From Macrostomum lignano (Eukaryota): a stretch of 64,000 nucleotides of DNA. The notes below the pieces were generated by a model. The model was not told where the DNA came from and did no database searches. It was given only the letters and a program-made list of their open reading frames with translations. Made by a program: the position numbers and the translations under genes. The stretch covers positions 124,001 to 188,000 of the forward strand of contig NIVC01001450.1 in NCBI GenBank assembly GCA_002269645.1, written 5' to 3'. How positions within the stretch are numbered: the stretch's first letter is position 1; every line of letters starts with the position of its first letter. Below, piece by piece: positions 16,861-28,557 of this stretch.

Positions 16861-18854
16861 AAATTGGATTGTGTCCAATTTGAAGAGGATTGGTAAAAGT
16901 GGAGCGACGCTATAGAGGATTTAGTGAAATTCTTGCGAAACTTGACTAAGCAAATTGTCTCTACCGAATTACAACTTCCTGAGTTCGGCTAGCCAAATTG
17001 CTGCTTGCCGGTTTTGTTTGGATTCTCGCTAGCAGATTTCGGCTAGCTAAATCCTCGCTAGCAAAATTCCTGCGAGCAACTTTCGGCCAGCAAAATTCCT
17101 GCTAGCAAAGTTCATAGACCCGCTTAGCACAAGCTACTGAAAACCGCGTATATTGAAACCGTGGAATTCCAATTCCCGAAACTACTTTTGCATGTTTTCC
17201 AAAATCTGAAGTCATATTCCAACAAAAACTTGTCAATAGTTGAAATGGCTGGGGTGCTGCGCAGAATGTCAGGAAATGTCTGTCTGACTCAAAGCATGTA
17301 TTGGCAAACTCTGGCCTCTGCCTCTCTCACGTCCCTCGGATTCTTCTCTCGTTGATTTTCCCTCACATTTCTCACCTGTCTGTCTGCCCGTTTATCTGTC
17401 CTTCTGTCTGTCTGCCCGTTTATCTGTCTTCTCCGTGTTTTTCTGTCTGTCTGTGTCTGTACAGGTGTCTGGACTGTACATGCATGTGTCTAAAAAATTA
17501 AAATTTGTGTGTTGAAAAACAAATGGTGTACTATGGCAACTTACCAATGATGGACGGGCTGGCCGCCTCGCCCTCGCCCCCCGCTTCGCCCTCGCCCCCC
17601 GCCTCGCCCTCGCCCTCGCCCCGCCTCGCCCTCGCCCTCCGCCTCGCCCTCCGCCTCACCCTGGCCCCATAAGCCGAAGCCAGTATTTCTGTAAAGTTCA
17701 AAAGTCGCAATCTAAGTTTTTTTGAGAGGCGCGCAATTTGTTCTATCAAGATATTTCGGGTGGGGCGGGAATGGGACGTGAATAAGGTCTCTGATAGCAA
17801 GAACATTATAATTAGAGAACAAGTGTAAGTTGTACTCTGAGAACTGTTGATTATTTCATTTAAAGTAAATTGCTTATTAACTCAAAACTGCTCAGCTTTT
17901 GATGCACAGAGACGTTATACATAAACTATAGTTACGTATAAGGCTATTCTGAGATTAACATGAGGGAATCAGATAGGAAGATATGACATTCAGGGATAAG
18001 GATGTGAGAATAAGGAAATCTGGAGATTCGGGGATGCCTTCTCTGACCAGCTACTTCAAGTAGAAATGTAAATCGTAAATGGAGGAAATGAGACTATTAA
18101 TTCTATTAACTTTCGAAATTTGTATTTCCAAATATACTAAATCTCTAATTTATATACTAAATATGGGAGAAGTGAAAGATAGGGTGAATAGGGAAAAATG
18201 GGAGAGAAAGAAGTAAGAGCTCGGGTGCATTCGGAGATGATACACGACAGAGGAGGGAGTCAGTAGAAAGAAAGGGGAGAAAGAGAGGAGAAGAGGGAGT
18301 TGGAGTCGTGGGAGTTCTAATACACAGTTATTTTCATAAGAAAACAAGAAAACATTAAGAATATATGCATAATATAGGTAATGACTGCTAGATTTTGTAT
18401 ACTTAAAAGTTTAGGATCCCGCGGGATTCAGGCATTATCGAATCGAGATCTGGGATCTGAAATCTGGGATCTGAGATCTGATATCTGAACTCTGGAATCT
18501 GGGAGATCTGGGATCCCAGATCTGAAATCTGGGAGATCTGGGATCTAACTAGTTATATAGTAACTGTGATTGTTGGCCAACCGTGTTTTTGTAAACAGGG
18601 TTGTTGTCTCTCCTGCACCACGCAGAAGTCATCACAACGCAGGAGTGGGGATCTGGATGTATGCAAAGTGACAATAATTACCCCAGCAAAGTATACAGAA
18701 TTGAATTGCAAAGTGGGCAAAGTCACAGCAGTGAACCACATCTTCTGCCACAGCATTTTCTGCAAAGCGGCTAGTCTTGCAAAGAGACTGGGGATTGCTT
18801 TACTGAGTATAAAATCAGTAAGTTTTTTGGCTCTTAATTCGAATAAATACATGC

Positions 18855-19526
18855 TTAACTATAGCGAAAAGCAGCCGAGCGGCCGAATAAACTGATAGTA
18901 GTCGGATTGGCTCTCGTCTCTAAAGCTGAATGAGACATGCCTGTTTGATTACTGTTAACACCTGCGACACTAGTGTTAGTCAGTAGAGTAGCAGCTCCCT
19001 GCGGCTGCGCTGGCACTGTTGCACTGCTTTGGTCCTTGTGAAAAAATTCTCGATAAGCGCTGGTTCCAGATCCAAGCTCGTAGTTATCAAACTCATCAGG
19101 TTTGTCTGCCGGGATGTTCATTTTAGCACTCGTGGCTATTGTTGCAGCGGCCGTGGCTGGTGTCGGCTGGGCCGTCTCTGGGGCCGGCTGGGCCGAATGC
19201 ACTGCATCTGCAACAAGGTCAGAATGTTGGTAATTGACAAATACCAAATCCGTATTTTCCAACTTTTCGGCCAACTGAACACATTCCGCCCTATTTAAAT
19301 GATGGGGTGATTTAAAATCAAGAGAAAATCTTCCGCGTGCAAATCTGGTTTTGTTTTGCTTGTCACTCTCCATTTGCTTCCATGGAATCGGGCCTCTGTT
19401 TCCAGCTCTCTTGAAAGCAGTCGTTGCTCTCTCCTGGATTGACCGTCTCAGATTCTTCACATCACGAAAAGCGTTGGAAGGTCCGGTACGTTCAGCTGGA
19501 ACTGCTGCTTCTGTCGTAGCTTCCAT
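18855..19526 (-). CDS. Uncharacterised 223-aa ORF, probably a TE accessory gene fragment
   Basis: Long non-repetitive ORF abutting the EnSpm remnant; no motif recognised. Confidence 0.3.
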   Translation of the reverse strand: MEATTEAAVPAERTGPSNAFRDVKNLRRSIQERATTAFKRAGNRGPIPWKQMESDKQNKTRFARGRFSLDFKSPHHLNRAECVQLAEKLENTDLVFVNYQHSDLVADAVHSAQPAPETAQPTPATAAATIATSAKMNIPADKPDEFDNYELGSGTSAYREFFHKDQSSATVPAQPQGAATLLTNTSVAGVNSNQTGMSHSALETRANPTTISLFGRSAAFRYS

Positions 19527-19659
19527 TCGGGCTTGAGAGGCGATTTTTATTCCTCTCCTTTCTGGATGATATCAGAAATCTGTTTCACCGCTGCAGTTAA
19601 TTCCTCTTGAACACGGGAAGATACGCCATCAGAAACGTAACATTCGGGATTATCTGTTG

Positions 19660-20158
19660 GGGCTTATCTGGCTTATCAGATCTATTATGTCTTAGAGCTT
19701 AGTAAGTAGATCGCAAAATGGAGCGGAAAAAGTGGCGATATGCTGCGTCAGGCAGAAAGTCTCGAAAGACGACGGGGCCGAAGTAAAGTATGAACGTTCG
19801 AAACTCCGTAGCCTTGAAGTGGGCCAACTCTCGATCGATTCGCCTTGGCCGGCGTTGGAATTCCGACGGCGTAAAAGGCGTTAAGCTCTCAACTAGATCT
19901 GACAAAGCTGCTATGTCGGCTGGTCGAAGCTTGCAACGCCTTCCACCATCAGAAAGGAACAGCAGGTTGAACAGTTTCCTCCCGACACCTAGATACACAA
20001 GATGCATAGCGTCAGGTGGAATAGCATCTGGTAGATCGATTGCCGGGAGAGCGAGTAGTGGGCTAGGCAGCTGAATCTTCTGGTTGAACTCTCTGTTTGT
20101 TTAATGTTATCGATAGCAGGGCTAGAAACAGTAATTAATCAGAAACGGAGGAATAGAT

Positions 20159-20192
<34 letters not shown>

Positions 20193-21157
20193 TAGGCACT
20201 AGGACATACTGGTACCCCACCTGCATAGGCGGTAATCCCCCGGTGTCCGCTCCTCTCCAACAGTTGTTGGATACACTGTGCGTCTCGACAGTCCTTGCGA
20301 CCACTTTGCAGTACGGACAACCGTGGTGGCCATTATGTCCAACAGTGGCCGTTATTAATGATCTGAATTTCAGATGTAAAAATAAATTTGCTCTCATGCT
20401 CATTAATCATATTTAATTAATAATTATATTAGAACTTAGAAGATAGATACAGTTGATTCGCGTTTTACCATGATTTAATATACAAACCTTGCGGGGGCAT
20501 CACAGATGAACCGGACATTGGCGATACGAACTAGGATTCGGTTGACCAGCACGAAGTCTGCCATGAAAGCCGCCATCTCATTGCAGAATTGCGCCAGATA
20601 TTCTTGCAGAGGTGGTTTGCCGATCCTCGCATAAACTGAATGTTCATAAAAAATGATAGTTATAGTTTATAAGAAGAGATGCTACATTATAGACAGTAGC
20701 TTTAAGTGAATAAAGCAAAATGCAATTTTTACCTGCCACCGGAAGAGGACGGCTGGAACCGTTGAACAACGCCAAAATCAGCCAAGCGGAGAAATTTGAG
20801 GAGTTGTACAGTGGCATTCCGTCTATGCCGATTTTCACGTCAATTTCATAGCCCTGTGTGCCGTCGGCTAAGATGGTCGGGCTCGGCAGAGTGATCTCTC
20901 GCTTTTGTAGCAGGAAGTTGAGATTGGAGGCAATCCCGAGGTAGGCAAAATGGCCGTTGCCCATTTCGTGCTTCGAGAAGCCTCCTTTTTTAGCAGATCC
21001 GGACATGTGCGTGAGCAGGTGCACAGTCCTTGCATTTAGAAGAAATTCCATTCCTCTGATTGGCACTTTATACTTCAAAAAGAAGACCAACAGCTCTTCG
21101 TTCAAGCTCTCCAGGCTTGGCTGCTGTGGCGTGTCGTCATCGGGCTCGGGCTCTCGG
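19660..21157 (-). pseudogene. EnSpm/CACTA-type transposase remnant with introns
   Basis: IGIDGMPLYNSSNFSAW, ICDAPAR, GHNGHHGCPYC, DAMHLVYLGV, PSEFQRRPR...FKATEFRTFILY, scattered over several frames. Confidence 0.8.
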
Positions 21158-22699
21158 TAATCGACCTGAACGGCGGCTACTTCCAAATTCCGATGAAGCC
21201 GGAAGACAAGCAGAAGACGGCCTTCAGCCCAGGGCCTGGAATGCCGCTGTACCAGTTCAAGCGGATGCCGCACGGCGTCTGCGGCGGGCCGAGCTCGTTC
21301 ACCATCCTAATGAACCGCGTGTTCAAAGGCGCCGCGCAGACCTTCACCTACATGGACGACACGCTGTGCTTCTCCAGATCGAAGGCTGAGCATCTCCGGC
21401 ACCTGCGAGAAGTCTTCGAGAAGATCAGAGGCGCTGGGCTCACCGTCCGAGGCAGCAAGTGCCAGCTAGGCCTGCCGGAGGTCACTTTTCTCGGCACCGT
21501 GTTCTCGGCCAAGGGTGCCACCGTGAGCCCTGAGAAGGTGCGCGCTATCCAGGAGTGGCCGATACCGCATTCGCCAACGCAGGTGCGGCAGTTCCTGGGC
21601 CTCTGCAACCAGTACAGGAAGTACGTGCCGAGATTCTCCGACATCTCCGGGCCGCTGCACAGACTGACGAGCAAAACAGAGAAGTTCGAGTGGACCAGCG
21701 AGTGCGGCACGGCATTCCGACGTCTCAAGGAGGCCCTGCAGCAGCCGCCGATCATCGGCCACCCGGATTTCTCCAAGGAGTTCCAGCTCTACACGGATGC
21801 CAGCAACACCGGAGTCGGCATCGTGCTCAAGCAAGGAGACCAGGTGATTGAGTACTGCAGCAGAGCGCTTACGGCACCGGAGACAGGAGTGCCTGGCTAT
21901 CCTGCACGCCCTGAAGACCTACAGGCACTACCTGCTTGGCCGGCACTTCACGGTCTTCACCGACCACTGCCCGCTCACGTTTCTGAATTCTCAGCGGGTC
22001 GACAGCCATGGCCGGCTTGGGCGCTGGCGGTTGCTGCTGCAGAAGTTCGCCTTCACCATCAAGTATACCAAGGGCGTCGACAACGTGGAGGCGGACGGCC
22101 TGTCCAGGATGCACGAAAGCCACGGCGAGGTGATCGGAGCGTCGGCAACGGAGCTACAGCCGAAGGTGTCCAATCAGGAGATGCGGCAGGCGCAACTTGC
22201 CGATCGGAAGCTCAAGCTGGTCCTCGCGGCGCTGGAGAAGGACAGCACGACGCCACCAAGATGGTCGGACACCAGCCTGAGACACCTCAGCCGCATCTGG
22301 CGGAAGCTGAGGATCCAAGATGGCTTTCTCTGCCGGGCATTCAACGACGCCGCAGGACCGAGAGACATTCCTGTGATTCCGGAGTCGCTGCGGCGCCAGT
22401 TCCTGACCGACTTCCACGAAGGCATCGGCGGCCACTTCGGGCCAGAGAAGATGGCCGATACGCTGAAGCAGGCCGCGTACTGACCGGGACTGCAGAGCGA
22501 CGTGGTGAGTTTCTGCCAGGAGTGCCAGACCTGCCAGCTAAAGAAGGCGCAGCAGCGCCCCGCGGCCCCACTTGGAGAGATGCCGATCGGCAAGCCCTGG
22601 CAGACTGTGGCCATCGACGTGCTGAAGGTGCCGCTGTCAGACCGCGGCAACAGCTACCTGCTAGTGATGCAGGACCAGTTCTCCAAGTTCCTGACCGCC
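21158..22699 (+). pseudogene. pol: Gypsy pol internal fragment (RT, RNase H, integrase N-terminal half), no LTRs
   Basis: IDLNGGYFQI, YMDD, LYTDAS, FTDHCPL, NVEADGLSR, H2C2 finger (H..GGHFG...C..CQ), VAIDV. Frameshift near 21885 and TGA at 22481. Confidence 0.9.
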
Positions 22700-23638
22700 T
22701 GATTGCCGATTTCTACGCGAAGGAAGGCGTCACGCTGGACAAGGTCGAGCCCAACCCAGGACTTCGCTTTGTAGCGAAAATCTTTTTGAATTCGTAAGTA
22801 ATCATAAATTCTGTTTTGTAAACGATTTCTTCTACCAACAGTAACCAAATCTTTTCACAGGCTCTGGGGCAAATTCTGTCAGCGTTACGAGTGACGACCT
22901 GACATCGATTGAAATTGTGTCCAGCTACGAGGACTGGCTCGCCCGGCTGACCGACCCCAACCTCAAAGTCAAGGCCTGCGAACCGATTGGCAGCGAGTTT
23001 ATGTTGCTGGAGTATCTGCACCGCTACTTTAATCAGCGGCCGTTCCGCTACTCCAACGTGCCAATCGGTGTCTTTACGACCACGCAGGCCCGGCTGCGCC
23101 TGTACGAGGCCTTAGAGGGTCTCGGCGAACGGGCCATTTACTGCGACACCGACTCGTAAGTATTAGCTGGATAAATTCTTTTAGAATTGATTGCATGTAA
23201 ATACTTGGCATGTGGAACTAATTGCCTATTTTCTCTCCCACACACAGGGTCGTTTACCGGCATTCCGAGGGCCAATGGGAGCCGCCCCATGGCACGAGCC
23301 TCGGAATGTGGACCGATGAGGTGCCCGCAGGCAGCCGGATGACCGACTTTGTAAGTAGAGGGCCTAAGCTCTACACTTACATTGTCGAGGATGCGGCCAG
23401 TGTCCGGAGCCAGGTCTTGAAGTGCAAGGGCATCCGCCTGACTCCTGAGATACGGGAGCGCAGTGAGGACCTGCGCAACACCCTGCTACACGGTGGCTCT
23501 CTACAGCTGCCACAACTACAGTTCAGGCGCAACAAAGCGTCTTGTACCATCCATACGATCAATATGGACAAGACGTTTCAGCGCGTCCTGACGAAACGCG
23601 TGTACGGGGCTTGCAGCAGGCCTTACGGTTATAAATAA
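22700..23638 (+). pseudogene. polB: Polinton/Maverick protein-primed DNA polymerase B, C-terminal part, with two GT-AG introns
   Basis: After splicing: AKIFLNS|LWGKFCQR and IYCDTDS|VVY, plus GPKLY, KCKGI, KRV...PYGY*. Introns 22794-22860 and 23156-23247. One frameshift near 22885. Confidence 0.88.
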
Positions 23639-24492
23639 TGTAGTCCTTGTGACTGACTATTAAATTTAAATTATTGTATTGTTAAATTTATCAGAGTATA
23701 AAAATCTATTTGTTGTACATATTTTGCATGTCAATTAATGAAGAGGAACCGACTATACAAATGTACATAAAGCATTTTTGTATTGTATGTGGCGAAATTG
23801 CCAATTCATGTAAAAATCTATTGTACATATTTTGCGTGTCAGACTTGTTTAAAATCATTTATAAAGAGAAAATTATTGAAAAACAATGCAAAATATTCTG
23901 TATATTATATTCGCTGGTAATGTTGTACATAAATAATTTCATCTAATATGCTACTGATTTATTGTAAATACATATTCTTTTTAAATACTGTTTGTGAATA
24001 GTTTATACATATACGATGTGAGTTACACAATTAGTTGACTCATTTGGTAGTAGGTGGGATCGTACAGCTGGCACGCGCACACCGACCCACCTCTGCGCAA
24101 TACTGCGCTGTACACGTAACAATTAATGTTTCGAGTTGAAATTGTACATATAATCTTGTGGGGTTGACGATTCAAATATGCAAGAGCGGGGGCCGTCTGG
24201 GGATTAATGTAGGACACTGTACATATAGAAATTGTCATAGAAATAGATTATTGTACATGTAGAAGTATGTACTGTGTTATATATCGCGAAGCCGAGAGGG
24301 TTATATCTTCTATAGCGCGCAGTCTGATGAAAATAAAGCTCAGAGGGCGTGGCCGTCTCTCTAGGCCGTCAACGTGTATTTATACCATAGACAGTACTAT
24401 TCATATAGCCCAAGCTTCAGTGTCACCCACATGCATATGCACACTCATACACAACACCTCCCCCCTTCAGTTACAATGTGACTTCTTGTCAG

Positions 24493-27400
24493 TCAGTCGT
24501 ACGAACTTTTGCGGGGGTCAATCTGAAGCCTGTTGGGTGGCCGACGGTTTCTCGTATGCCACGGTCTTGATCGTCCTTCGGGCCCTCTGGCTCCATTCGT
24601 ACCTTGCGAGTCCGCAGGGCCAGTATTGGGCTGGTAGCGAGCTTCTGCCGCATGTGCTGGAAACCTTCTCCGCAGGAACTTCCGGTTTCTCCGAAGAACC
24701 CGGCCGCTGGTCAGCTTGACTAGAAAGTCGTTGTTTTTCATTAGCTCGACTACCACGCCGTACTTGTCCCATCGCTTGGTCTGGGCGTCCTGCACTGCAA
24801 CTCTGTCTCGCACTCGCAAGGCTGGGAGTTGGTGAGCTGCTCTATTGTAGTACACCTCCATCCTCTCCCTCTTCTCCGCTGCCCTGTTGTCCACCTCATC
24901 TGCTGCTGCTTGCCATTCCTTGGCGAACGCTCTCCAGTGAACTGGCAGGGTATCGCGAACCTCGTGACCGAACACCATGTGTGCTGGTGACCTGCCGTCG
25001 TATCGCGGAGTGTTGCAGTACATCAGTATCCCCTGGCAGAGATCGTCCCAGTTCGGCTCTCTGGCTCCGTGATTCCAATTTCCACGCACCAGCTTTTTCA
25101 TTGCCTTGACGGCTGCCTCCGCTCGCCCATTGCTCTGAGCGTACGTGGGGGATGATGTCCTCTGCTCCACATTCCAACGACGCAGGAATCCCAGAAATGG
25201 CTTGGCTGTGAATTGCGGTCCATTGTCTGACCATAACACCTCCGGCGCGCCCTTCTCACAGAAACGTCTTCGCAGCACGTTGATCACCTTGTACGTTGAG
25301 GCATCAGTTCCGAAGTAGTCTAGTGTTGGCCAACCAGACTTTCCGTCCACAGTCACCAGGAACATCTTCCCAGCGAATTGAAACAAGTCGGCATGGACTT
25401 CTTGAAAGACGCGTTCCGGTTCCTTTCTCACAACCATCGGCTCCTTTACTTGACTAGGCAAAGTCTCTTGGCACGGGATACACTTCCTGGCTGACATTTC
25501 TATATCGTTGTCGATTCCCGGCCAGTAGAAAGTCATTCTGGCTCTCTCTTTCATCTTAACGATTCCCTGATGCATCTTGAGCATCCTATTCATGACTTCT
25601 GCTCGCATCTCCTTGGGAATGAGCAATCGCCTTCCTACAACGATCAAGTCATGCTCGACTGCTAGTTTGTCGCGGATGTCCCAAGATTGTCTTAGATGGA
25701 CCGGTACGTTTCCCTTCTCGTTAGGGAATCCTTGCTGAACCAATCGCTTCAGCTCCTGGTACTCCTGGTCTCTTCTGGCAATCCGCGTCAACTCTGCTTC
25801 AGAAGCTTGAATCTCATCGATAGCCATGATGATATTGCTGTCGTGCTCCTCCGCAATTTCTTCGTCCTTGGTTGCCGGCTCTACCGGGGCTCTTGACAAA
25901 GCATCGGCGGCTTTGTGGTCACTGCCTTTCACCCATCGAGCCGTGTACTGAAAGCAATCCAGTTTCTGTCGCAACCTCTGAAGCCTCGGATTCTCGATCT
26001 GATCCAAGGTGTATCTATTAAAAATCGGCTCCAACGGCTTGTGGTCGATGATTATCTCAAAATTCTGCAGTCCTTCGAGGAACAGACGACATTTCTTTGC
26101 CGCCCATACGACTGCCAACAGCTCCAGTTCAATCATGGCGTATCACCTCTCTGTCTCCGAAATGAACCGCGAGCCTGTTTGAACCACTTTCCAAATGCCA
26201 TTGTTTTGCTTTTGCTTGAGCACGAATCCAAGCCCCTTCAGTCGAGACGCATCCGTGTGCAGTGCTCTCTGCCTCGTGTGGTCATAGTAGGCCATTGTAG
26301 GAACATTGCTTAGTTCTTTCCGCATGCTGTCAAATGCTTTTTCGTGTTCGCAGCTCCACATGAACTCATTCCTCGGTTTCAACAACTCTCACAACGGCTC
26401 ACCGAGGGAAGCTATCTTGTCACTACAGAACCCAATCTGATTCACTAGTCCGAAGAACGCTCTGAGGTCGGTCAGATTTTCTGGCTTCGGGAAGTCTCGA
26501 ATCGCCTTCACTATGGCAGGGTCTATAGCGTAGCCTTTCGAGTCCAACTGGAATCCGGCAAATGTCACACTGGGCTGAGCAAACGCAAACTTCTCTGGAT
26601 TCAGGCTGATGCCGCAGTCCCTGCATCGCTGCAGAAACTCGCGAACGGCACGGCGATGCTCGTCGAAGTCGCCGTGAGCCAGCAGTACGTCGTCCACAAT
26701 ATGATAGGTGCTCTTCAGTCCCTCTAGCACTTCATCCACACGCCTATTGTAATGCTCCGATATGGACGACAGTCCAAAGGGGGCACGTAGGAACTTGTAC
26801 CGTCCGAATGGTGTGATAAAAGTTGTCAGTATTTGTGACGCGTCATCCAGCGGCACTTGGTGGTATCCTTTCGTGGCGTCAACGGTTGTGAAGAACCTGG
26901 CGCCCTTGTGTACACTTGACACAACTTCAAATGGCGTTTGGCTGACGTAGCGCTCTCGGATGACGTATTTGTTTAAGCACCGTAGGTCGACGCACATTCT
27001 TATCTTGCTCTGGCCTTTCTTTGGCTGCACGGTGATCGGCGCACACCATTCCGTAGGCTCTGTGACCTTTGCTATGATCCCATCTCGCTCGAGATCCTCC
27101 AGTTCCTTCTTGAGTTGTAACTTGAGCGGTTCCGCAATTCTTCTCGGGGTCGAAATGGCAAACGGCTTTGCGTCCGCTGATAGTTTAATTCTGAACATCT
27201 CACCAGCCCTTCTGCCAACTTTTCCGGTGAACACGTCCGAAAACTCTTTTTTTAGGTCCTCCTCTGTGCCAGCGTTGGTATCGTGCTGATTCATACTTGC
27301 CACGATTTGCTTTGGAAAGTTTCTTGGAATGATACCCAGATCACGACACGCGACACGACACGACACGACATAGAATCATGATGGATATTCCGCTGAGGAC

Positions 27401-27590
27401 GTGAAACGTACACTGCAGCTCAGTCTCACCCATGGATACTTGCAGCTGAATCGAGCCCTTGGCTTTTAATAGCCGGCCGTCGACTGCCTTGGGTTTGATG
27501 TCTGACGGATGTAGGTTGTTCATATCTGCTCCTACTATAGGCAGCAAGCTCTCAGGGATGGCATCTATGAAAGCGCCTGTGTCCGGTAAG
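24493..27590 (-). pseudogene. pol: Pol of the Mag-like element (protease, RT, RNase H, integrase), disrupted
   Basis: LPDTGA (frameshifted), DATKGYHQ, IVDDVL, HTDASR, DHKPL, ADALSR, HADLF, SDNGPQF, SNGRAE. In-frame TGA at 26389-26391 and 26143-26145; (CACGA)n expansion at about 27345-27370. Confidence 0.9.
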
Positions 27591-28557
27591 GCGCGATGGT
27601 CTTTGTTCCGTCAGGGGTGCGAATTTTTACCTCCACACAGCATGCTGAGGTCCCTTGTGCGCCAGTTGCGGCGAAAATTGAGTGGACTCTCTCGCCGTGC
27701 TTGGCTGACTGTCCACTTCTGCACTGCTTAGCGAAATGGTTGAGCTTGCCGCACTTTGTGCACGACTTCCCCCAGGCCGGACATTTCTCTTTGCCGACCT
27801 CGTGCTCTCGTCCGCAGAACTTGCAGGCTTGACCAGGATGTTTCGCCCGGCTCTGTTGAACAGGTCTTCCTGCCTGTCGATTCTCCGCGGCTCCAGTCCG
27901 CTTGGCCTTCCGATAGCTTGACGCGTGTCGCACAGCGGAGACGGTCGGTGTCTCGCCCTTCATTATGGCGCAGTTTTTCCTCGAACTCTCCATCGACTCA
28001 CAAATGGTCTTTGCTTTCTCCAGCGTTAGCTCACTGCCTTCCTCTAGCAACTTCTCTACAGTGCTGGGGTCGCGCAGTCCCATGACAATTCTGTCTCTGA
28101 GCTGGTATTCGGCGCACCCGTCACAGCATCGCTCGAAGTTGCACCTGGACGAGATTTCTTTGATGGACACGTACCAATCATTGAAGCTCTTACCTTCTGC
28201 TTGATTTCGTAGCCAGAATTCCCTCCTCTCGAATATCTCGTTCTTCTGCCCGGTGATGAATGCTTCCAGGGCCTTGATGATCTCCTTGGCGTCGTCTTTA
28301 TCCTTTCCTAGTAGCTGAGGTAAGCTGTCCACCACTCGTAGGGTCTCCAGACTCAGGCAGTGTCGCAAAGCGAAGAGTTGGAACTTCTTCTCGGCCTCTT
28401 GCTCGATGTCGTTCAGGCCTGATAGTTCCTCGAAAGCCTCCCACAACTGCTTCCATTGTGGGAATACGGCCTTCTGAGATTCGAGGTCGAAGTGTGGAGC
28501 GCTTTTTAAGTCAATTTTCGGCTTTGGAGGCATTTCTACAGGAACGCCCCAGAACAA
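27565..28557 (-). CDS. gag: Gag of the Mag-like element, two Cys/His knuckles
   Basis: QLRDRIVMGL...LTLEKA; CKFCGREH...CPA..KSCTKCGKLNHFAKQC. Confidence 0.85.
   Translation of the reverse strand: MFWGVPVEMPPKPKIDLKSAPHFDLESQKAVFPQWKQLWEAFEELSGLNDIEQEAEKKFQLFALRHCLSLETLRVVDSLPQLLGKDKDDAKEIIKALEAFITGQKNEIFERREFWLRNQAEGKSFNDWYVSIKEISSRCNFERCCDGCAEYQLRDRIVMGLRDPSTVEKLLEEGSELTLEKAKTICESMESSRKNCAIMKGETPTVSAVRHASSYRKAKRTGAAENRQAGRPVQQSRAKHPGQACKFCGREHEVGKEKCPAWGKSCTKCGKLNHFAKQCRSGQSAKHGERVHSIFAATGAQGTSACCVEVKIRTPDGTKTIAPYRTQALS

Noticed and set aside
18640-18790. Cys-rich peptide VHCCDFAHFAIQFCILCWGNYCHF on the minus strand
   Set aside because: Short, with no supported splice link or family assignment.
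24320-24345. CTGATGA hammerhead core in the LTR (also at about 11050, 33440, 39040)
   Set aside because: No stem II/GAAA arrangement found next to any of them.
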